DNA of 64,000 nt from Auanema rhodensis (GCA_964057225.1 OZ059894.1:5270001-5334000); one strand, 5' to 3'. Positions 29,201-42,429 are shown, counted from the stretch's first letter. Translations and numbers: made by a program. Notes: generated by a model not told the origin, from the letters alone.

Positions 29201-30894
29201 TAGTCTAAAAACAAATTTTTATTGATATTGGTGCATGGTAACCATGACTTTGAAATTTACGTGAACTTTAATTTATGCTAATTAAGTGTACACGTGATGT
29301 GCACTTGGTATGTAACTCGCTTCACGTGAAAGATAAAGAGATGCGGTTTTCAAAATTAGATTCCTCATGTCCATATTAGTCTAAAAACGAATTTTTATTG
29401 ATATTGATGCATGGTAACCATGACTTTGAAATTTACGTGAACTTCAATTTATGCTAATTAAGTGTACACGTGATGTGCACTTGGTACGTAACTCGCTTCA
29501 AGTGAAAGATAAAGAGATGCGGTTTTCAAAATTAGATTTCGCATGTCCATATTAGTCTAAAAACAAATTTTTGTCGATATTGGTGGATGGTAACCATGAC
29601 TTTCAAATTTACGTGAAATTCAATTTATGCTAATTAAGTGTACACGTGATGTGCACTTGGTATGTAACTCGCTTCCAGTCAAAGATAATGGGATGCGGTT
29701 TTCAAAATTAAATTCCCCATGTCCATATTAGTCTAAAAACAAATTTTTATTGATATTGATGCATGGTAACCATGACTTTGAAATTTACGTGAACTTCAAT
29801 TTATGCTAATTAAGTGTACACGTGATGTGCACTTGGTACGTAACTCGCTTCAAGTGAAAGATAAAGAGATGCGGTTTTCAAAATTAGATTTCGCATGTCC
29901 ATATTAGTCTAAAAACAAATTTTTGTCGATATTGGTGGATGGTAACCATGACTTTCAAATTTACGTGAACTTCAATTTATGCTAATTAAGTGTACACGTG
30001 ATGTGCACTTGGTATGTAACTCGCTTCACGTCAAAGATAAAGAGATGCGGTTTTCAAAATTAGATTCCCCATGTCCATATTAGTCTAAAAACAAATTTTT
30101 ATTGATATTGGTGCATGGTAACCATGACTTTGAAATTTACGTGAACTTTAATTTATGCTAATTAAGTGTACACGTGATGTGCACTTGGTATGTAACTCGC
30201 TTCACGTGAAAGATAAAGAGATGCGGTTTTCAAAATTAGATTCCTCATGTCCATATTAGTCTAAAAACGAATTTTTATTGATATTGATGCATGGTAACCA
30301 TGACTTTGAAATTTACGTGAACTTCAATTTATGCTAATTAAGTGTACACGTGATGTGCACTTGGTACGTAACTCGCTTCAAGTGAAAGATAAAGAGATGC
30401 GGTTTTCAAAATTAGATTTCGCATGTCCATATTAGTCTAAAAACAAATTTTTGTCGATATTGGTGGATGGTAACCATGACTTTCAAATTTACGTGAACTT
30501 CAATTTATGCTAATTAAGTGTACACGTGATGTGCACTTGGTATGTAACTCGCTTCCAGTCAAAGATAATGGGATGCGGTTTTCAAAATTAAATTCCCCAT
30601 GTCCATATTAGTCTAAAAACAAATTTTTATTGATATTGATGCATGGTAACCATGACTTTGAAATTTACGTGAACTTCAATTTATGCTAATTAAGTGTACA
30701 CGTGATGTGCACTTGGTACGTAACTCGCTTCAACTGAAAGATAAAGAGATGCGGTTTTCAAAATTAGATTTCGCATGTCCATATTAGTCTAAAAACAAAT
30801 TTTTGTCGATATTGGTGGATGGTAACCATGACTTTCAAATTTACGTGAACTTCAATTTATGCTAATTAAGTGTACACGTGATGTGCACTTGGTA
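26220..30894 (+). repeat. 5-monomer (880-bp) HOR with a superimposed 10-mer (1761-bp) duplication
   Basis: GATAATGGG...ATTAAATTCCCC at 27048, 27928, 28809, 29689 and 30569. The 1-bp insertion CAAAAATTAG with CCCCATATCC occurs at ~26358 and ~28118, and GAAATTC at ~27856 and ~29617. Confidence 0.87.
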
Positions 30895-31199
30895 CACGAG
30901 GAATCTAATTTTGAAAACCGCATCTCTTTATCTTTCACGTGAAGCGAGTTACATACCAAGTGCACATCACGTGTACACTTAATGAGCATAAATTAAAGTT
31001 CACGTAAATTTTAAAGTCATGGTTACCATGCACCAATATCAATAAAAATTTGTTTTTAGACTAATATGGACATGGGGAATCTAATTTTGAAAACCGCATC
31101 CCTTTATCTTTGACTGGAAGCGAGTTACATACCAAGTGCACATCACGTGTACACTTAATTAGCATAAATTGAAGTTCACGTAAATTTGAAAGTCATGGT

Positions 31200-34100
31200 T
31201 ACCATCCACCAATATCGACAAAAATTTGTTTTTAGACTAATATGGACATGCGAAATCTAATTTTGAAAACCGCATCTCTTTATCTTTCACTTGAAGCGAG
31301 TTACGTACCAAGTGCACATCACGTGTACACTTAATTAGCATAAATTGAAGTTCACGTAAATTTCAAAGTCATGGTTACCATGCATCAATATCAATAAAAA
31401 TTTGTTTTTAGACTAATATGGACATGGGGAATTTAATTTTGAAAACCGCATCCCATTATCTTTGACTGGAAGCGAGTTACATACCAAGTGCACATCACGT
31501 GTACACTTAATTAGCATAAATTGAAGTTCACGTAAATTTGAAAGTCATGGTTACCATCCACCAATATCGACAAAAATTTGTTTTTAGACTAATATGGACA
31601 TGCGAAATCTAATTTTGAAAACCGCATCTCTTTATCTTTCACTTGAAGCGAGTTACGTACCAAGTGCACATCACGTGTACACTTAATTAGCATAAATTGA
31701 AGTTCACGTAAATTTCAAAGTCATGGTTACCATGCATCAATATCAATAAAAATTCGTTTTTAGACTAATATGGACATGAGGAATCTAATTTTGAAAACCG
31801 CATCTCTTTATCTTTCACGTGAAGCGAGTTACATACCAAGTGCACATCACGTGTACACTTAATTAGCATAAATTAAAGTTCACGTAAATTTCAAAGTCAT
31901 GGTTACCATGCACCAATATCAATAAAAATTTGTTTTTAGACTAATATGGACATGGGGAATCTAATTTTGAAAAGCGCATCTCTTTATCTTTGACGTGAAG
32001 CGAGTTACATACCAAGTGCACATCACGTGTACACTTAATTAGCATAAATTGAAGTTCACGTAAATTTGAAAGTCATGGTTACCATCCACCAATATCGACA
32101 AAAATTTGTTTTTAGACTAATATGGACATGCGAAATCTAATTTTGAAAACCGCATCTCTTTATCTTTCACTTGAAGCGAGTTACGTACCAAGTGCACATC
32201 ACGTGTACACTTAATTAGCATAAATTGAAGTTCACGTAAATTTCAAAGTCATGGTTACCATGCATCAATATCAATAAAAATTTGTTTTTAGACTAATATG
32301 GACATGGGGAATTTAATTTTGAAAACCGCATCCCATTATCTTTGACTGGAAGCGAGTTACATACCAAGTGCACATCACGTGTACACTTAATTAGCATAAA
32401 TTGAAGTTCACGTAAATTTGAAAGTCATGGTTACCATCCACCAATATCGACAAAAATTTGTTTTTAGACTAATATGGACATGCGAAATTTAATTTTGAAA
32501 ACCGCATCTCTTTATCTTTCACTTGAAGCGAGTTACGTACCAAGTGCACATCACGTGTACACTTAATTAGCATAAATTGAAGTTCACGTAAATTTCAAAG
32601 TCATGGTTACCATGCATCAATATCAATAAAAATTCGTTTTTAGACTAATATGGACATGAGGAATCTAATTTTGAAAACCGCATCTCTTTATCTTTCACTT
32701 GAAGCGAGTTACATACCAAGTGCACATCATGTGTACACTTAATTAGCATAAATTAAAGTTCACGTAAATTTCAAAGTCATGGTTACCATGCACCAATATC
32801 AATAAAAATTTGTTTTTAGACTAATATGGACATGGGGAATCTAATTTTGAAAAGCGCATCTCTTTATCTTTGACGTGAAGCGAGTTACATACCAAGTGCA
32901 CATCACGTGTACACTTAATTAGCATAAATTGAAGTTCACGTAAATTTGAAAGTCATGGTTACCATCCACCAATATCGACAAAAATTTGTTTTTAGACTAA
33001 TATGGACATGCGAAATCTAATTTTGAAAACCGCATCTCTTTATCTTTCACTTGAAGCGAGTTACGTACCAAGTGCACATCACGTGTACACTTAATTAGCA
33101 TAAATTGAAGTTCACGTAAATTTCAAAGTCATGGTTACCATGCATCAATATCAATAAAAATTTGTTTTTAGACTAATATGGACATGGGGAATTTAATTTT
33201 GAAAACCGCATCCCATTATCTTTGACTGGAAGCGAGTTACATACCAAGTGCACATCACGTGTACACTTAATTAGCATAAATTGAAGTTCACGTAAATTTG
33301 AAAGTCATGGTTACCATCCACCAATATCGACAAAAATTTGTTTTTAGACTAATATGGACATGCGAAATCTAATTTTGAAAACCGCATCTCTTTATCTTTC
33401 ACTTGAAGCGAGTTACGTACCAAGTGCACATCACGTGTACACTTAATTAGCATAAATTGAAGTTCACGTAAATTTCAAAGTCATGGTTACCATGCATCAA
33501 TATCAATAAAAATTCGTTTTTAGACTAATATGGACATGAGGAATCTAATTTTGAAAACCGCATCTCTTTATCTTTCACTTGAAGCGAGTTACATACCAAG
33601 TGCACATCATGTGTACACTTAATTAGCATAAATTAAAGTTCACGTAAATTTCAAAGTCATGGTTACCATGCACCAATATCAATAAAAATTTGTTTTTAGA
33701 CTAATATGGACATGGGGAATCTAATTTTGAAAAGCGCATCTCTTTATCTTTGACGTGAAGCGAGTTACATACCAAGTGCACATCACGTGTACACTTAATT
33801 AGCATAAATTGAAGTTCACGTAAATTTGAAAGTCATGGTTACCATCCACCAATATCGACAAAAATTTGTTTTTAGACTAATATGGACATGCGAAATCTAA
33901 TTTTGAAAACCGCATCTCTTTATCTTTCACTTGAAGCGAGTTACGTACCAAGTGCACATCACGTGTACACTTAATTAGCATAAATTGAAGTTCACGTAAA
34001 TTTCAAAGTCATGGTTACCATGCATCAATATCAATAAAAATTTGTTTTTAGACTAATATGGACATGGGGAATTTAATTTTGAAAACCGCATCCCATTATC

Positions 34101-34560
34101 TTTGACTGGAAGCGAGTTACATACCAAGTGCACATCACGTGTACACTTAATTAGCATAAATTGAAGTTCACGTAAATTTGAAAGTCATGGTTACCATCCA
34201 CCAATATCGACAAAAATTTGTTTTTAGACTAATATGGACATGCGAAATCTAATTTTGAAAACCGCATCTCTTTATCTTTCACTTGAAGCGAGTTACGTAC
34301 CAAGTGCACATCACGTGTACACTTAATTAGCATAAATTGAAGTTCACGTAAATTTCAAAGTCATGGTTACCATGCATCAATATCAATAAAAATTCGTTTT
34401 TAGACTAATATGGACATGAGGAATCTAATTTTGAAAACCGCATCTCTTTATCTTTCACGTGAAGCGAGTTACATACCAAGTGCACATCACGTGTACACTT
34501 AATTAGCATAAATTAAAGTTCACGTAAATTTCAAAGTCATGGTTACCATGCACCAATATC
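31200..34560 (-). repeat. Same 5-monomer (880-bp) HOR in inverted orientation
   Basis: CCCATTATC at 31455, 32335, 33215 and 34095. AAAGCGCATC at 31971, 32851 and 33731. Confidence 0.88.
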
Positions 34561-36583
34561 AATAAAAATTTGTTTTTAGACTAATATGGACATGGGGAAT
34601 CTAATTTTGAAAACCGCATCTCTTTATCTTTGACGTGAAGCGAGTTACATACCAAGTGCACATCACGTGTACACTTAATTAGCATAAATTAAAGTTCACG
34701 TAAATTTCAAAGTCATGGTTACCATGCACCAATATCAATAAAAATTTGTTTTTAGACTAATATGGATATGGGGAATCTAATTTTGAAAACCGCATCTCTT
34801 TATCTTTGACGTAAAGCGAGTTACATACCAAGTGCACATCATGTGTACACTTAATTAGCATAAATTAAAGTTCACGTAAATTTTAAAGTCATGGTTACCA
34901 TGCACCAATATCAATAAAAATTTGTTTTTAGACTAATATGGACATGCGAAATCTAATTTTGAAAACCGCATCTCTTTATCTTTCACTTGAAGCGAGTTAC
35001 ATACCAAGTGCACATTATGTGTACACTTAATTAGCATAAATTAAAGTTCACGTAAATTTCAAAGTCATGGTTACCATGCACCAATATTAATAAAAATTTG
35101 TTTTTAGACTAATATGGACATGGGGAATCTAATTTTGAAAACCGCATCTCTTTATCTTTGACTTGAAGCGAGTTACATACCAAGTGCACATCACGTGTAC
35201 ACTTAATTAGCATAAATTGAAGTTCACGTAAATTTGAAAGTCATGGTTACCATCCACGAATATCAACAAAAATTTGTTTTCAGACTAATATGGACATGGG
35301 GAATCTAATTTTGAAAACCGCATCTCTTCATCTTTCACGTGAAGCGAGTTACATACCAAGTGCACATCACGTGTACACTTAATTAGCATAAATTAAAGTT
35401 CACGTAAATTTCAAAGTCATGGTTACCATGCTCCAATATCAATAAAAATTTGTTTTTAGACTAATATGGACATGAGGAATCTAATTTTGAAAACCGCATC
35501 TCTTTATCTTTCACGTGAAGCGAGTTACATACCAAGTGCACATCACGTGTACACTTAATAAGCATAAATTAAAGTTCACGTAAATTTCAAAGTCATGGTT
35601 ACCATGCATCAATATCGATAAAAATTCGTTTTTAGACTAATATGGACATGAGGAATCTAATTTTGTAAACCGCATCTCTTTATCTTTCACGTGAAGCGAG
35701 TTACATACCAAGTGCACATCATGTGTTCACTTAATTAGCATAAATTAAAGTTCACGTAAATTTTAAAGTCATGGTTTCCATGCTCCAATATCAATAAAAA
35801 TTTGTTTTTAGACTAATATGGACATGCGAAATCTAATTTTGAAAACCGCATCTCTTTATCTTTCACTTGAAGCGAGTTACATACCAAGTGCACATCATGT
35901 GTACACTTAATTAGCATAAATTAAAGTTCACGTAAATTTCAAAGTCATGGTTACCATGCATCAATATCAATAAAAATTCGTTTTTAGACTAATATGGACA
36001 TGCGGAATCTAATTTTGAAAACCGCATCTCTTTATCTTTCACGTGAAGCGAGTTACATACCAAGTGCACATCACGTGTACACTTAATTAGCATAAATTGA
36101 AGTTCACGTAAATTTCAAAGTCATGGTTACCATGCATCAATATCAATAAAAATTCGTTTTTAGACTAATATGGACATGAGGAATCTAATTTTGAAAACCG
36201 CATCTCTTTATCTTTCACGTGAAGCGAGTTACATACCAAGTGCACATCACGTGTACACTTAATTAGCATAAATTAAAGTTCACGTAAATTTTAAAGTCAT
36301 GGTTACCATGCACCAATATCAATAAAAATTTGTTTTTAGACTAATATGGACATGGGGAATCTAATTTTGGAAACCGCATCCCTTTATCTTTGACTGGAAG
36401 CGAGTTACATACCAAGTGCACATCACGTGTACACTTAATTAGCATAAATTGATGTTCACGTAAATTTGAAAGTCATGGTTACCATCCACCAATATCGACA
36501 AAAATTTGTTTTTAGACTAATATGGACATGCGAAATCTAATTTTGAAAACCGCATCTCTTTATCTTTCACTTGAAGCGAGTTA

Positions 36584-36655
36584 CGTACCAAGTGCACATC
36601 ACGTGTACACTTAATTAGCCATACCAAGTGCACATCACGTGTACACTTAATAAGC
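36584..36655 (-). other. Out-of-register junction (36-bp phase duplication, equivalent to a 140-bp phase deletion) inside the inverted block
   Basis: CGTACCAAGTGCACATCACGTGTACACTTAATTAGC (36584-36619) is followed directly by CATACCAAGTGCACATCACGTGTACACTTAATAAGC (36620-36655). Confidence 0.93.
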
Positions 36656-39600
36656 ATAAATTAAAGTTCACGTAAATTTCAAAGTCATGGTTACCATGCA
36701 TCAATATCGATAAAAATTCGTTTTTAGACTAATATGGACATGAGGAATCTAATTTTGAAAACCGCATCTCTTTATCTTTCACGTGAAGCGAGTTACATAC
36801 CAAGTGCACATCATGTGTTCACTTAATTAGCATAAATTAAAGTTCACGTAAATTTTAAAGTCATGGTTTCCATGCTCCAATATCAATAAAAATTTGTTTT
36901 TAGACTAATATGGACATGCGAAATCTAATTTTGAAAACCGCATCTCTTTATCTTTCACTTGAAGCGAGTTACATACCAAGTGCACATCATGTGTACACTT
37001 AATTAGCATAAATTAAAGTTCACGTAAATTTCAAAGTCATGGTTACCATGCATCAATATCAATAAAAATTCGTTTTTAGACTAATATGGACATGCGGAAT
37101 CTAATTTTGAAAACCGCATCTCTTTATCTTTCACGTGAAGCGAGTTACATACCAAGTGCACATCACGTGTACACTTAATTAGCATAAATTGAAGTTCACG
37201 TAAATTTTAAAGTCATGGTTACCATGCACCAATATCAATAAAAATTTGTTTTTAGACTAATATGGACATGCGGAATCTAATTTTGAAAACCGCATCTCTT
37301 TATCTTTCACGTGAAGCGAGTTACATACCAAGTGCACATCACGTGTACACTTAATTAGCATAAATTAAAGTTCACGTAAATTTCAAAGTCATGGTTACCA
37401 TGCATCAATATCAATAAAAATTCGTTTTTAGACTAATATGGACATGCGGAATCTAATTTTGAAAACCGCATCTCTTTATCTTTCACGTGAAGCGAGTTAC
37501 ATACCAAGTGCACATCACGTGTACACTTAATTAGCATAAATTGAAGTTCACTTAAATTTGAAAGTCATGGTTACCATCCACCAATATCAATAAAAATTCG
37601 TTTTTAGACTAATATGGACATGCGAAATCTAATTGTGAAAACCGCATCTCTTTATCTTTCACTTGAAGCGAGTTACGTACCAAGTGCACATCACGTGTAC
37701 ACTTAATTAGCATAAATTGAAGTTCACGTAAATTTCAAAGTCATGGTTACCATGCATCAATATCAATAAAAATTCGTTTTTAGACTAATATGGACATGAG
37801 GAATCTAATTTTGAAAACCGCATCTCTTTATCTTTCACGTGAAGCGAGTTACATACCAAGTGCACATCACGTGTACACTTAATTAGCATAAATTAAAGTT
37901 CACGTAAATTTTAAAGTCATGGTTACCATGCACCAATATCAATAAAAATTTGTTTTTAGACTAATATGGACATGGGGAATCTAATTTTGAAAACCGCATC
38001 CCTTTATCTTTGACTGGAAGCGAGTTACATACCAAGTGCACATCACGTGTACACTTAATTAGCATAAATTGATGTTCACGTAAATTTGAAAGTCATGGTT
38101 ACCATCCACCAATATCGACAAAAATTTGTTTTTAGACTAATATGGACATGCGAAATCTAATTTTGAAAACCGCATCTCTTTATCTTTCACTTGAAGCGAG
38201 TTACGTACCAAGTGCACATCACGTGTACACTTAATTAGCATAAATTGAAGTTCACGTAAATTTCAAAGTCATGGTTACCATGCATCAATATCAATAAAAA
38301 TTTGTTTTTAGACTAATATGGACATGGGGAATCTAATTTTGAAAACCGCATCCCTTTATCTTTGACTGGAAGCGAGTTACATACCAAGTGCACATCACGT
38401 GTACACTTAATTAGCATAAATTGAAGTTCACGTAAATTTGAAAGTCATGGTTACCATCCACCAATATCGACAAAAATTTGTTTTTAGACTAATATGGACA
38501 TGCGAAATCTAATTTTGAAAACCGCATCTCTTTATCTTTCACGTGAAGCGAGTTACATACCAAGTGCACATCACGTGTACACTTAATTAGCATAAATTGA
38601 AGTTCACGTAAATTTGAAAGTCATGGTTACCATCCACCAATATCGACAAAAATTTGTTTTTAGACTAATATGGACATGCGAAATCTAATTTTGAAAACCG
38701 CATCTCTTTATCTTTCACGTGAAGCGAGTTACATACCAAGTGCACATCACGTGTACACTTAATTAGCATAAATTAAAGTTCACGTAAATTTCAAAGTCAT
38801 GGTTACCATACACCAATATCAATAAAAATTTGTTTTTAGACTAATATGGACATGGGGAATCTAATTTTGAAAACCGCATCTCTTTATCTTTCACGTGAAG
38901 CGAGTTACATACCAAGTGCACATCACGTGTACACTTAATTAGCATAAATTAAAGTTCACGTAAATTTCAAAGTCATGGTTACCATGCACCAATATCAATA
39001 AAAATTTGTTTTTAGACTAATATGGACATGGGGAATCTAATTTTGAAAACCGCATCTCTTTATCTTTCACGTGAAGAGAGTTACATACCAAGTGCACATC
39101 ATGTGTTCACTTAATTAGCATAAATTAAAGTTCACGTAAATTTTAAAGTCTAATTAAGTGTACACGTGATGTGCACTTGGTATGTAACTCGCTTCAAGTC
39201 AAAGATAAAGAGATGCGGTTTCCAAAATTAGATTCCTCATGTCCATATTAGTCTAAAAACAAATTTTTATTGATATTGGTGCATGGTAACCATGACTTTA
39301 AAATTTACGTGAACTTTAATTTATGCTAATTAAGTGAACACATGATGTGCACTTGGTATGTAACTCTCTTCACGTGAAAGATAAAGAGATGCGGTTTTCA
39401 AAATTAGATTCCTCATGTCCATATTAGTCTAAAAACAAATTTTTATTGATATTGGTGCATGGTAACCATGACTTTGAAATTTACGTGAACTTTAATTTAT
39501 GCTAATTAAGTGTACACGTGATGTGCACTTGGTATGTAACTCGCTTCACGTGAAAGATAAAGAGATGCGGTTTTCAAAATTAGATTCCTCATGTCCATAT

Positions 39601-41120
39601 TAGTCTAAAAACGAATTTTTATTGATATTGATGCATGGTAACCATGACTTTGAAATTTACGTGAACTTCAATTTATGCTAATTAAGTGTACACGTGATGT
39701 GCACTTGGTACGTAACTCGCTTCAAGTGAAAGATAAAGAGATGCGGTTTTCAAAATTAGATTTCGCATGTCCATATTAGTCTAAAAACAAATTTTTGTCG
39801 ATATTGGTGGATGGTAACCATGACTTTCAAATTTACGTGAACTTCAATTTATGCTAATTAAGTGTACACGTGATGTGCACTTGGTATGTAACTCGCTTCC
39901 AGTCAAAGATAAAGGGATGCGGTTTTCAAAATTAGATTCCCCATGTCCATATTAGTCTAAAAACAAATTTTTATTGATATTGATGCATGGTAACCATGAC
40001 TTTGAAATTTACGTGAACTTCAATTTATGCTAATTAAGTGTACACGTGATGTGCACTTGGTACGTAACTCGCTTCAAGTGAAAGATAAAGAGATGCGGTT
40101 TTCAAAATTAGATTTCGCATGTCCATATTAGTCTAAAAACAAATTTTTGTCGATATTGGTGGATGGTAACCATGACTTTCAAATTTACGTGAACATCAAT
40201 TTATGCTAATTAAGTGTACACGTGATGTGCACTTGGTATGTAACTCGCTTCCAGTCAAAGATAAAGGGATGCGGTTTTCAAAATTAGATTCCCCATGTCC
40301 ATATTAGTCTAAAAACAAATTTTTATTGATATTGGTGCATGGTAACCATGACTTTAAAATTTACGTGAACTTTAATTTATGCTAATTAAGTGTACACGTG
40401 ATGTGCACTTGGTATGTAACTCGCTTCACGTGAAAGATAAAGAGATGCGGTTTTCAAAATTAGATTCCGCATGTCCATATTAGTCTAAAAACAAATTTTT
40501 ATTGATATTGGTGCATGGTAACCATGACTTTAAAATTTACGTGAACTTCAATTTATGCTAATTAAGTGTACACGTGATGTGCACTTGGTATGTAACTCGC
40601 TTCACGTGAAAGATAAAGAGATGCGGTTTTCAAAATTAGATTCCGCATGTCCATATTAGTCTAAAAACGAATTTTTATTGATATTGATGCATGGTAACCA
40701 TGACTTTGAAATTTACGTGAACTTTAATTTATGCTAATTAAGTGTACACATGATGTGCACTTGGTATGTAACTCGCTTCAAGTGAAAGATAAAGAGATGC
40801 GGTTTTCGAAATTAGATTTCGCATGTCCATATTAGTCTAAAAACAAATTTTTATTGATATTGGAGCATGGAAACCATGACTTTAAAATTTACGTGAACTT
40901 TAATTTATGCTAATTAAGTGAACACATGATGTGCACTTGGTATGTAACTCGCTTCACGTGAAAGATAAAGAGATGCGGTTTTCAAAATTAGATTCCTCAT
41001 GTCCATATTAGTCTAAAAACGAATTTTTATCGATATTGATGCATGGTAACCATGACTTTGAAATTTACGTGAACTTTAATTTATGCTTATTAAGTGTACA
41101 CGTGATGTGCACTTGGTATG
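36620..41120. repeat. Large imperfect inverted repeat 2 (arms 36620-39150 - and 39294-41120 +; spacer 39151-39293)
   Basis: Mirrored rare variants: TAACTCTCTT 39077/39367 (seen only in these two places), GAACATC 38073/40195, GGAAACC 36869/40871. The coordinate sums differ by 176 and 528, i.e. whole monomers. Confidence 0.85.
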
Positions 41121-42429
41121 TAACTCGCTTCACGTGAAAGATAAAGGGATGCGGTTTCCAAGATTAGATTCCTCATGTCCATATTAGTCTAAAAACAAAT
41201 TTTTATTGATATTGGTGCATGGTTACCATGACTTTAAAATTTACGTGAACTTTAATTTATGCTAATTAAGTGAACACATGATGTGCACTTGGTATGTAAC
41301 TCGCTTCACGTGAAAGATAAAGAGATGCGGTTTTCAAAATTAGATTCCTCATGTCCATATTAGTCTAAAAACGAATTTTTATCGATATTGATGCATGGTA
41401 ACCATGAATTTGAAACTTACGTGAACTTTAATTTATGCTAATTAAGTGTACACGTGATGTGCACTTGGTATGTAACTCGCTTCACGTGAAAGATAAAGGG
41501 ATGCGGTTTCCAAAATTAGATTCCTCATGTCCATATTAGTCTAAAAACAAATTTTTGTTGATATTGGTGGATGGTAACCATGACTTTGAAATTTACGTGA
41601 ACTTTAATTTATGCTTATTAAGTGTACACGTGATGTGCACTTGGTATGTAACTCGCTTCACGTGAAAGATAAAGGGATGCGGTTTCCAAAATTAGATTCC
41701 TCATGTCCATATTAGTCTAAAAACAAATTTTTATTGATATTGGTGCATGGTAACCATGACTTTAAAATTTACGTGAACTTTAATTTATGCTAATTAAGTG
41801 AACACATGATGTGCACTTGGTATGTAACTCGCTTCACGTGAAAGATAAAGAGATGCGGTTTACAAAATTGGATTCCTCATGTCCATATTAGTCTAAAAAC
41901 GAATTTTAATTGATATTGATGCATGGTAACCATGAATTTGAAACTTACGTGAACTTTAATTTATGCTAATTAAGTGTACACATGATGTGCACTTGGTATG
42001 TAACTCGCTTCAAGTGATAGATAAAGAGATGCGGTTTTCAAAATTAGATTTCGCATGTCCATATTAGTCTAAAAACAAATTTTTATTGATATTGGTGCAT
42101 GGTAACCATGACTTTAAAATTTACGTGAACTTTAATTTATGCTAATTAAGTGAACACATTATGTGCACTTGGTATGTAACTCGCTTCACGTGAAAGATGA
42201 AGAGATGCGGTTTCCAAAATTAGATTCCTCATGTCCATATTAGTCTAAAAACAAATTTTTATTGATATTGGTGGATGGTAACCATGACTTTCAAATTTAC
42301 GTGAACTTCAATTTATGCTAATTAAGTGTACACGTGATGTGCACTTGGTATGTAACTCGCTTCAAGTCAAAGATAAAGGGATGCGGTTTTCAAAATTAGA
42401 TTCCCCATGTCCATATTAGTCTAAAAACA

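Larger units (their letters stand above)
1..30894 (+). repeat. Left forward-orientation satellite block
   Basis: Continuous + strand monomers ending in ...GTGCACTTGGTA at 30894. Confidence 0.96.
23643..36619. repeat. Large imperfect inverted repeat 1 (arms 23643-30894 + and 31130-36619 -; spacer 30895-31129)
   Basis: Rare variants are mirrored with a constant coordinate sum of 60262: GAACATC 23809/36453, GGAAACC 24485/35777, TTTACAAAA 24596/35666. Near the axis, GATAATGGG 30569/31455 gives sum 62024. The 1762-bp difference is 10 monomers plus two 1-bp insertions. Confidence 0.88.
30895..39150 (-). repeat. Reverse-orientation satellite block (~47 monomers)
   Basis: From ~30895 the sequence is the reverse complement of the monomer (GAGGAATCTAATTTTGAAAACCGCATCTC...) up to ...TTTTAAAGTC at 39150. 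Confidence 0.97.

Noticed and set aside
30720-31000. Singleton SNPs next to the left junction (CAACTG ~30734, AATGAGC ~30984) as repair-associated hypermutation
   Set aside because: Singletons occur throughout the array, and two events cannot be distinguished from background.
30895-39150. Transposon insertion or recombinase-type invertible element
   Set aside because: There is no non-satellite sequence, terminal repeat or target-site duplication. The two ends are at different monomer positions and share no common recombination site.
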